This document shows positions 11,860 to 22,320 of a stretch of DNA of 64,000 nt, one piece after another. The position numbers were made by a program, and so were the translations under genes. The notes beneath the pieces are model-generated. The model did no database searches and was not told the origin of the DNA. It saw only the letters and a program-made list of their open reading frames with translations. The stretch covers positions 15,410 to 79,409 of the forward strand of contig PS015297.1 of the NCBI GenBank assembly GCA_048213135.1, read 5' to 3'. The first letter of the stretch is position 1. Each line of letters starts with the position of its first letter. Origin of the DNA: Reclinomonas americana ATCC 50394 (lineage: Eukaryota).

Positions 11860-13229
11860 GAGGGAGGGGGAGGAGGGGGGGCGGGACGTAGTACGTACGT
11901 ACGTACTACGAGAGGAGGACGGACGACGACGACGGAGGGAGGGAGGGAGGAGGAGGAGGGAGGGAAGGGGAAGGGGAAGGGGAAGGGGGANNNNNNNNNN
12001 NNNNNNNNNNNNNNNNNNNNNNNNNNNNNNNNNNNNNNNNNNNNNNNNNNNNNNNNNNNNNNNNNNNNNNNNNNNGGGCGCTAATACGGTGATCCATCAG
12101 AGAGGCAGCAGCGAGAGGGAGGGAGGGAGAGAGGGAGGGAGGGAGGAAGGGAGGAAGAGGCGCACAACAGCGTGTAGACGAATATTGGAGCGCAGGATGC
12201 ACGATGAATCCCGCAACATGCACTGACCCCCCAGTCAAAAGGGAAAGACAGAATAATGCATTGCACGCAGGCGCGCACACACAATCGAAAGGAAAGGGCG
12301 AGAGAGAAACGCGAGAGGAGCGAAAAAATGTGGAAAGATGGCGATGATGATACCGTAGCTTCTGAACAAGTAATATTTTTCCTGCTGCACCAGCTCGCTC
12401 ATCAACGAGTACAAGGAAGAGGGAGGGAGGCGGGAAAAGGGGAATTGGGGGATGGATAGGAGAGGGGAGCACGGGGAAGCGAGATTCGGGAGGAGGGAGA
12501 CACGATGAAGAATATGACCCTTTTTCTCCCCGGTTTCGCACTGATGCAGCAAAAGGGAAAGAAGACATCGAAGGGAGACAGAAGGACGACGGGGAGGAGA
12601 GGGCGGAGAAGGCTGGGATGGAGGGAGGGAGGGAGGGTGGGAGAGAGGGAAAGAAAGGAGGAAAAGGAAAGAGACAGGATGCGCAAACGCAATCATAATG
12701 TAACAGAGGCAAAGGAGGAATGTTGGAGAGGGAGGATGAGGAAAGATGAGAGAGGAAGACAGGAGGAGGATAGAGAGAAGGGGAGAGGGAGAGGAATGAA
12801 AGCATCTTGAACCAATACACGAAAACAGTAGAAGAAAGGCGAGGAGAGTTCTCACCATGTTTATCATGGTGCGTGGGTTTCCGAGGAGAAAAGCAAGGGA
12901 GGAGGGGAAGGAAGAGGGAGTGGTGCGAGGGATGTGATGTGGCAAACTCCGTCAGGATCAGAATACCGAGAAGTGAGGAGAGAGGAACAGAGGAGTGGAG
13001 GGGCAGGGAGGAGGGAAGGAGTGTAACCGATGGTACTGAAGGGCGTGGAGGAGACAGGAATGGAGTGGGAAGAAGAAGAAAGAGAGATGAGGGGGGGGGG
13101 AGACAGGATGGCGGCCATGACTGGATACCGGAGTGATCGGAAGGGGAGAGAAGAGGAAAGGAACGGAAGGGAGGGAGAGAGAGAGGTGTGGCCTGTTGAG
13201 TCGCGGAACGGCAGTATCGTCAAGGAGGA

Positions 13230-14400
13230 TGGACAAGAAAGCAAAGGGGAAGAAGCAGTCGCAGAATCGAAGAGACGAGAGAAGCACAACAGGGAGAGCC
13301 ATGAAGACGGCACCGGCATGGAGAAGGACAGCGGAGGATCAGAAAAGCAAAGGGGAAGAAGCAGTCGCAGAATCGGAGAGAGACGAGAGAAGCACAAAAG
13401 GGAGAGCCATGAAGACGGCACCGGCATGGAGAAGGAGAGTGGAGGATCACGAAAGAAGGGAAACAATTGCATATTCACAGATGCCAAGATGTCAGAGAAG
13501 CACGAAAGGGGGCCATGAAGAATGTTGAGCAGCAGAACGACAGCACCGACATGGAGAAGGAGGGGAGGAACAAGAAAGTGGAGGAAGAACAACTGCATAT
13601 TCGCAGCTGCCGGATGCCGGCGTGACCAGAGAAGCATCAAAGGAAGAAACAGAGAGAGAGAGAGAGAGAGAGGAGGGAGGGAGGCAGAGGAGGCAGAGGA
13701 GTTCTTCTGCGATGGAAGCGTCACAGAGAAAAGGATGCTGAGGGTGAGAGAGCACTGAAAAAACGATTGAAAGCAATCGCGTGGGGGAGACGAACAAAGG
13801 GGAGAGGGGCAAACACTGCACGGTCACCGCACGACAGCACACGCATGAGAGGAACAAGAAAAGAAGGGAGAACAGCCGCAACGAGACTGCCAGAAGCATG
13901 AAGCGCAAATTGGGCATCAACGACAGGATGAAGGGGAAGGAAGCAATCGCATAATCGAGGTGAACAGATGCAAGAAGCACAAAAGGAGGGAGAGACGAAG
14001 ACACCAGGGCTCAGGAAAGGAAGGATCAGGAAAGCCAATGAGAAAAACAGATGCCGGGGACGACACGGGAGGAGCAGAGGAAGAGCTGCCGCGATCGCAG
14101 CGTCACATGCAAGAAGCTCCAAGGGAAAGAAATGACGACACCAGGGCTGCAGCTCGACATCATCGCCGAGACGAGAGCAACTGAGATGATGGGTCGACAG
14201 AAGCAAGCACGGGGGGAAGAGAGACCGTACAAGCATGAGCGATGCAAGAAACGGAGGGGCGCGGTGCACAGATGCCGGAGAGACAGGGAAAGAAATGATG
14301 ACACCAGGGCTGCAGCTCGACAGCATCGCCGAGGAGATGATCACGAGAGCAACTGAGATAATGGGTCGAGAGCAGCAAGGAAGGGGGGAAGAGAGACACA
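13230..14400. repeat. Diverged local tandem duplications in purine-rich intergenic DNA
   Basis: A ~105-bp unit (…gaagcagtcgcagaatcg…agccatgaagacggcaccggcatggagaagg) at ~13240 and ~13345; a second unit (gggaaagaaatga.gacaccagggctgcagctcgaca…) at ~14123 and ~14286. Confidence 0.8.
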
Positions 14401-15639
14401 GCAGAGTAGCCGCATAGCACAGGCATGAGCGAAATGAGAATCGCAAAGGTGCACAGATGCCGGAGAGAGAAGGGAAGAAGTAGCGTCGCAGTACGACATG
14501 GGAAGAGCAGAGAGAGAACTATCGTGGCGAATAAAAACCACAGCAGCGAGAGTGGAACTGAGGAAGAACAGCCCAGTTGCTACATGCCAGAGTGGCGACC
14601 AAAACAACTGCGACGAAGACTGTAGCGTTGCAGCACGACAGAATCGACATCGGAGGAACAAGCAAGTGGAGAGAGAACAGGCAATCGTGGTGACCAGAGG
14701 CTGGGAAGAATGCAATCACCAGAGAGGAGCAGGACGGAGGAAAAGAAGGAGAAGAACTGGTGACGCACGATTTTTATCGGCAAGCTCCGTGCAGAAAGAG
14801 CGACAACGAGTGACAAGTGAGGAAAAATACACAGCGATCGCGCACACAGCAACGCGAGGACAGTCGAAGAGGCAAAAGAGACTGACGAACGACGGAGCGA
14901 TCGGAGATGCATCGCAAAGGCCCCCAACGATAATGAGAACGAAGGAAAGCGATTGGAACACGAAGGAAAGGGCTGCAGCGACAATGGACGGCGATCGTCG
15001 ACTGAGAATGGAGGCAGGTGGACGGGGAGGAGCGATCCAACACGGCAGTGCACCGATGAGAACGAGGGAGGAGACGACTGAACACACTCCCGAAAGAAGA
15101 TGCATGGATTGACGACCAGCAATCGCATGCAATGGCCCCCAACGACGATGAGACCGAGGAAAGAGACGAGACCGAGAGACGAAGGGCAGCAATGAACAAA
15201 GACAACGACGGAGAGGGGCAACTCAGCATCGCGATGCAATGGCCCCCAACCAAGAGAACAAGTGAGGAAAGACAGCGGATGTCTATCGTAGACTGAGAAC
15301 GGAAGGAGAAGAAGAGAGACAGACAAGCAGCTGCGCGGCGTACCAAGTGGGTAATCATCGCTCCTCCTTTGACAACAAAGAGGAAAATCCAGCGGAAATC
15401 GAAGAAACGAACAGTGGATCGCGCAGCACAACACGTTGCACACAAGCAGCGATGACGCATGGAGTGTGCGAGAATGCAAGAGATGCGCTCACAGGCAGAG
15501 ACACAAGAGCGATGCATCGACAGGACAACAGACAACAGACACGGAGTGAAGCAGGAACGACGGCACGGTGGAGCAACATAGAGAGAGTGTGTGCGTGAGA
15601 GAGAGAGGGAACGAGACAGCGAGGAGGACAGCAGCAGAA

Positions 15640-16170
15640 AGGAGAGGAAGTGAGGAGAGTGGACAAATGCACTCACAACGCGCAGGAAGACAACGAAGAA
15701 CAGTGCACAGGAGACTGTGAGAAAGAGAGGCGAGAGAGGAAGCGAGGGAGTAAGAGAGGAGGGAGCACAAGGGATGCAAGAGAGAGGAAGCGGACAAATG
15801 CACATCAACAGCCTGCAACGCGTTCTCCCTTTCACTTTCTCACATGAAGACAACGCTGCATCAGAGTGCAAGAGAGACAGAAAGAGAGAGTGTGTGTGTG
15901 AGAGAGAGAGAGTGAGAGAAGCACAAGTGAGAAAGGACAAATTAGCAGCAACAGCCCTCATCTCCCACTTGCTTTCCCCTCTCTCACACATGAAGACAAC
16001 GCTGCATCAGTGTGCAAACGGGAGAGAGAGTGTGTGAGAGAGAGAGTGAGAGAGAGTGAGAGAAACACAAGTGAGAAAGCGGACAAATGAACAGCAACAG
16101 CCCTCATCCCGCTCTCCCTTTCCCTCTCTCACACACTAAGACAGCACTGCATCAGTGTGCAAACGAGAGC
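15640..16170. repeat. Imperfect ~145-bp tandem repeat (3-4 copies) upstream of the first WD40 gene
   Basis: Recurring ggacaaat…cagcc…ctcaca..gaagacaacgctgcatcag.gtgcaa units near 15790, 15935 and 16080. Confidence 0.75.
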
Positions 16171-16282
16171 GACATCAGTGCGCCTCACCTTTTTACTCCT
16201 TCCTCGACACTGCGCGAAATGACTCACCCCTTGCCGCAAATTCCGGTCGTTGCAATCGCACGCGTTCACTCATCAACAAGAA

Positions 16283-16716
16283 ATGGAGCTCGTGGTCACG
16301 CCACTATCAACGCTCTCCCTCGTCGAGGCCACGTCACCACCACCAACGACCAACGCAACAACGATGTTGTCATCGTTATCATCGTCATCATCATCGCCAT
16401 TTGTGAGCCGCGCGATTCAACGAGTCGACATGCACTCGTGGGTCGACGCGCTTGTGTTTGACCCGCACTCCGCCCTGCGCATTGCGTGTGTCACCGATGG
16501 AGTCGATGGAGCGTGCTTGGTCGATCTCGACTCGCCTTCTGCGGCGGCGAGTGGTGTTGGGCAAGGGCGATCGTCGCGGGCGCATGAGCATGTGGATGTG
16601 ACATCGTCGGCGTTGAGTGGCATTGCGTTTTCGCCGTGTGGACGGTGCGTGGTAGGAAAAGGGGAGGAGAAGGGGATGAGAATGCGATGAAAAGGCATGC
16701 TGCGTTGTGGACGCGA

Positions 16717-16814
<98 letters not shown>

Positions 16815-16871
16815 NNNNNNNNNNNNNNNNNNNNNNNNNNNNNNNNNNNNNTAGAGAGAGAGAGAGAGTGA

Positions 16872-16942
<71 letters not shown>

Positions 16943-17552
16943 TGATCGAGTTGTCGTTTGAGTATGTGGATGTGACGTCGTCGGCGTTGAGTGGCATTGC
17001 GTTTTCGCCGTGTGGACGGTGCGTTGATGGGAGAAGGGGAGGAGAAGGGGATGAGATGGAGAGGGAAAGGCGATGAAAAAGGGATGGCGTGAATGCGAGT
17101 TGAGAGAGATAGAGGGAGTGAGTGAGTGAGTGTGAGAGAGAGTGAGTGAGAGAGTGAGAGAGTGAGAGGCGTGAATGCGAGATCAAGTCGTCGTTTGAGT
17201 GTGTTGTCGGCGTTGAGTGGCATTGCGTTTTCGCCGTGTGGACGGTGCGTGGTAGGAAAAGGGGAGGAGAAGGGGATGAAAAGGGGATGAAAAGGGGATG
17301 GCGTGAATTCGTGCTGGTGTGCGTGTGTGTGAGTGAGAGAGTGAGAGAGTGTGAGAGAGAGAGGCATGAATGCGAGATCAAGTTGTCGATTGAGTGTGTT
17401 GTTGGCGCGGTGGCATTGCGTTTTCGCCGTGTGGACGGTGCGTGGTAGGAAAGGGGGAGGAGAAGGGGATGAAAAGGGGATGAGAATGCGATGAAAAGGG
17501 AATGAAGGCGATGGGATAGCGTGCCGTGGTGTGAATGCGAGTTGGTGAGAGA

Positions 17553-17602
<50 letters not shown>

Positions 17603-18522
17603 TCTGCAGAGGAGCTCATGCGCAGCGCATGTTTGTGGTGAATGCGAGATCGAGACATCATCATCGTTGAGTGGCATTGCGTTTTCGCCGTGTGGACGGT
17701 GTGTTGACAAGAAGAGATGGGGAGGGCAACGCGACGAGAATGAGATGGAAAGGCGTGCCACGTCGCGAATGCGAGGTGGAAGAGAGAGTGTGCGCGAGAG
17801 TGAAGAACTTGCTCGTGGTGAATGCGGGATTGACACATCGTGTGTGAGTGGCATCGCGTTTCACCGTGTGGAGGAAGTCAGGAGTGAGGGAGTGGGCTGG
17901 CGCACCACGTTGGGCATGCGAGTTTGGTATGGAGAGAGGGCAGGTGCAGAAGAGCGTTTCTTTTGGTTGAGAATGCATGCGCATCGGGAGAAGCACGTGG
18001 TGTGTTGTTGTTGTTGGAGAGTCATTGTGAGACAAGCACAGCACTTCACACCCATCACACCCTCATCCCTCTTTGCCCCGCGTTCGCAGCTTCCTCGCCG
18101 GCAGCTCCTGGGAACACTGCGTGGAATTGTGGCTCATCGACTCACGATTGACCAATGTCGGTGACGGTCTGCGATCGCCCACGACACGGTCGAAGGCCTC
18201 GCGGCGGGTGGGCGTCTTGCCGCTGCCCGAGTCGGTGATTGAGGAGGCGATGGAGTTTGGTGGCGAAGATGATGATGACGAGGAGTTCAATGAGGTTGGT
18301 GGGGGAGAATGGGAGAGAGAAGGAGAGGAAACAGAGAGAGAGAGAGACAAGAGGAAAGCTTAGACTGACAGAGGCTGCAGATCGGAACAAACAGAGAGAC
18401 CGGCAAGAATCAAGAGATTTTGAGAGAAAGAGCAAGGGAGAGTGAATGAGAGAAAGTTCAGTGACAAAAGTTCTTGATCGGAGCTGACAGACACACCGAC
18501 AGAATGTAAGAGAAAGAGAGAA

Positions 18523-18556
<34 letters not shown>

Positions 18557-20168
18557 TGAGCGTATCGCCTGTCTCTACTGCACGGAACGAAGGATGCAGA
18601 GATCTCCTGCACAAGTGAAGAGGTGCTTGTCCACAGAGAATGCGAAGAGTAAGAGTCGAATGACTGCCTGACACCTCTGGTCTCCGTTCGTCTCTCTTTT
18701 CCACGACCACTCAAGAGACATGAGTGAGTGTGTACGTGTTTCTATGTGTCTGAGAGGGAGAGAGACGGAGGCTGGCCAAGAGGATGATGCAGGCGCATCA
18801 ATCGTGAGTCGATAGTGGCTTTCCTGAGCATGAAAAGTGGCTGGACCAAGCATGCGTCGATAGTGGTTAAAGGCAAGAATAAGTGCACTTTGTAAGCGTG
18901 TGTGGTGATACGACGCTCGGCAGACAGAAGCAGCCTGCGAATGTCGACCGAGAAGCAACATTTTTTGACTCCTTTACCACCCTTCTCCTCCTCCTCCTCG
19001 TCCCGCAGCGAATAGCCGCCACGTGCGTGCATTTCTCCAGCAGCGGCGAAGAGCTGGCGTGTGGAGTCGGCTCCGGTCATGTGGTGGTGTGGAATGTGGC
19101 GGCACTCATGTCGCACGCTGTGTTTGGTCGCGTCGCGAGTCGCGCCAAGCAGGCCGCCTGGGTGCAGTCCAGTGTGCAAGTGCGGGCCATTTTCTCGCAC
19201 GACATGTTTGTCAGCGACGTGAAGTTCAGTCCGAGGAGAGGCGATCCGAGGCTCGTGTCGGCATCGCACGACAGGAGTGTGCGAGTGTGGAACACGGATA
19301 GCGGGGTGTTGGTGTGGATGCTGACAGTGCGTGCCATCCTCTCTCGTGTCGATTCTTCGTGTCTGCGTGTTTGTTGAGGTCCTTGTTGCTCGCAGGGCCA
19401 CCAAGACGACATTAGCTCCATTTCATGGTCGCCAGACGCCAGATACGTGGTGAGCGGCAGCTGGGACTCCACGGTGCGTGTGTGGGACACGGCGACAGGC
19501 GAGTGCGCACGGTGCATGTCGGCGCACTCGGGGCCGGTGCGAACGGTGGCGTGGTCACCAGGGGCGGTGAGTGGGAGAGGAAATACAAGGTGGAAGCGTA
19601 TTTAGCAGTTTGTGCTGATGATGATGCAGGGTCGCCACATATTATCCGGCGGACTGGACGCCACCGTGGTGGTGTGGGACACGTCGATTGGTGCACCTGT
19701 ACAACGACTCGATGGCTTCTCGAGCGAGGTTGCCGCCGTAGCGTGGTCGTACGACGCTTCACGATTTGTCGCAGGCGGTGGCGACAACCACGTGCTCGTT
19801 TATGAGAATGTCCTCGGTGCGCCATGCTCTCGTTGTGTTTTCTTGCGCTTCTCTCCTTATCTCAGCTTGTGCAGTGAGCCTGGAACTGGAGTTGGAGGTG
19901 GTGATGGGCGCGTTGGAGCTGCTGCACGAATCCGCGAGTGGGTCGGCCTCGATGGTATGTCAGAGGGGGATGAGAGAGAGAGAGAGAGAGAGAGAGAAAG
20001 GTAGAAGTTGTGCTGATCGGTTTGCACACGCACTCACAGAGGGAAGGCTGCACGCGGATTACAACACTGCCCATCCCGGTGGCGGCACTGGAGGTGGCCG
20101 CGCAGCATGCGGCGCTGCTGCTGACGCAGCTCTCCGGATCGAGACTGTCGCCACTGCAGGCGCACTGA
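16283..20168 (+). CDS. WD40-repeat protein with a short helical C-terminal tail, 7 exons
   Basis: In-frame GT-AG joins give …IAFSPCGR|FLAGSSWEHCVELW…|…LVSASHDRSVRVWN…|GHQDDISSISWSPDARYVVSGSWDSTVRVWD…|GRHILSGGLDATVVVWD…; stop TGA at 20166-20168. Confidence 0.88.
16591..17875 (+). repeat. Tandem array (~200-370 bp spacing) of the exon-1 end plus 5' splice site of the WD40 gene
   Basis: gagtggcattgcgttttcgccgtgtggacg|gtgcgt occurs at the true donor (16645) and again near 16990, 17215, 17410 and 17670, with a degenerate copy near 17845. Confidence 0.9.
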
Positions 20169-20914
20169 GGAATGAGTGGAGCGGGTGGTGGGAGGCACGC
20201 AACGTATAATATGTTTACAATAGCTTGAAGGGAGGTGGTAGGGGGAAGGAAGCTTGCGTGGAAGGGGGAATATGGGGAGGATTAAATATCGTGATTGTAT
20301 AATGGCAGAATGGAGAGCAGCAACAATGCAACACGAGACGTCTCGCGGAGAGAGCAAATGTCTAGTGCTGAAACAAGCAGGAATGCAGAAAGAGAGCAAG
20401 GCAGGCGACATGCAAGGAAGTCCGGGAGGGTGCAGAGATGCAGTGGAGTAGTTGATGTTGCTCAAGTCACGTGACTGGGACGTCTGATGGTGTGAAGATG
20501 AGTGGTCAGAGATGAGAAAAGAGTGGTGGAAAATACAATTATTGGTGGACGCAGAATTTTTTTGTGCCACTGTAAGCGAGAGGCTGTTGCTGCTTGGGCG
20601 TCCATGACATATATTTGTGTTTGAGACTGTGTGCGGGAAGCTTATTATTATCAACCATACAGCTGCAGAGGCGACACCACACATGCGCCGCCTTCCACGC
20701 GAGTGACCAGAGTTGCAGCGTGTGCGGGAAGTGACGCGTGGTGAAGGATGGGGCAAGAGAGTGATAGGTGGTGCATTGGAAGAGGCAAGTGGCTGCTTGC
20801 GCGTCATGATTGATTGGACAGAGAGTGTTCAGCGAGGGTGCTTACCTCATCCTTTCCCACTTCACTCTCTCTCTCTCTCTCTCTCTCTCGTGCTCATTTC
20901 ACTCTTTCTCTCTC

Positions 20915-22038
20915 TCAAAAAATAAGCGCACCAAAGAGAATAGCCTCCGCGTCCTCGCCGACAAAGCAGCGCAACACAATCTCCACGAGGCACCGCGGGT
21001 CGCCGTCCGCATCCGGCAGCATCTGCAGCATCTCCATTATGGCTTGGTGGGCATGCCGGGCAGCTTCCAGCTCGGCATTGGCATGGCCGCGTGTTGTGGG
21101 CCACACACGCACAGTCATGTCCCAGCCGCCACTCACAATGTGCTGACCATCGGGAGTAAAGGCCACTGCATTCACCTCATGCGTGTGGCCCTCCAGTCGG
21201 CGCACCTCCTCGCCACTTGCAACCGACCACACACGTACAGTCATGTCCCAACCGCAACTCCCGCTCACGATGTGCTGGCCATCGGGTGTCACTGCCACTG
21301 CACACACGGCACTCGTGTGGCCCTCCAGTCGGCGCACCTCCTCGCCACTTGCCACCGACCACACCCGTACAGTCTTGTCCCAACTGCCACTCACAATGAG
21401 CTGACCATCGGGTGCCACTGCCACAGCACGCACCCCCTTCGTGTGGCCTTCCAGTTGACGCACTTGCCTTCCTCTCGCCAACGACCACACCCGTACAGTC
21501 ATGTCACTACTGCCACTTACGATGTGCTGACCATCGGGTGCCACTGCCACAGCATGCACCCCCTTCGTGTGGCCTTCCAGTTGACGCACTTGCCTTCCTC
21601 TCGCCAACGACCACACCCGTACAGTCATGTCACTACTGCCACTCACAATGCACTGGCCATCGGGTGTCACTGCCACTGCACGCACCTCATCCGTGTGGCC
21701 TTCCAGTCGGCGCATCTCCTCGCCACTTGCCAGAGACCACATCCGTACAGTCTTGTCATAACTGCCACTCACAATGTGCTGGCCATCTGGTGTCACTGCC
21801 ACTGCAGACACCCCACTCGTGTGGCCTTCCAATCGGCGCACCTCCTCGCCACTTGCCAGCGACCACACCCGTACAGTCTTGTCCTCACTGCCACTCAGAA
21901 TGTGCTGCCCATCAGGAGTGATGACAACAGACAGCACCGACAACCAGTGGCGTTCCAGTACCTGCACGAATCTCAGCCATCAAAAGAAAGCACCGTGCAC
22001 ACAACAGGCAAGCACGGCACACTCACCTTGCTCGCCAT
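20915..22038 (-). CDS. Seven-bladed WD40 protein with highly homogeneous 126-bp repeats (HET-E/HNWD-type repeats, no NACHT domain)
   Basis: Exon 1 ATGGCGAGCAAG|gtgagt (22038-22027) plus exon 2 (21961-20915). Seven 42-aa units LEGHTxxVxAVAVTPDGQHIVSGSxDxTVRVWSLASG, then a ~55-aa tail. Confidence 0.92.
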
Positions 22039-22320
22039 GACGACGGAGAGTGGGTGCGAGAATTCGTCCGGTGTGTCCGCCACGCTGCACATATCGCGGC
22101 GCCTGCTACGTATAAAGAAGTCTTTTCTGTGTCTTTCTTTCTCCGGAGCGCCTGCGCGCGCGTGTACCTCAATCCCTTGCAGGACGCCATCTGCTGTTGG
22201 TGGGCTCGTTGGATGACGCCTGCGATGATTGGCGCTTGAGTACCTCAACTGGAGATACCATAACCATCCACCAGGGTCCTGGAGCCACCATCCAAAAGGC
22301 AAGAGCATCCAGCCGCAAAA

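Noticed and set aside
12170-12410. RhoGEF-like fragment (ELVQQEKYY…) on the minus strand
   Set aside because: Too short, needs a frameshift, and no further DH-domain exons were found.
16591-17875. CRISPR-like repeat-spacer array, or cassette exons
   Set aside because: The context is a eukaryotic intron, spacing is irregular and filled with microsatellites, and the repeat is a copy of the exon end. The best candidate cassette (56 nt) would not preserve frame.
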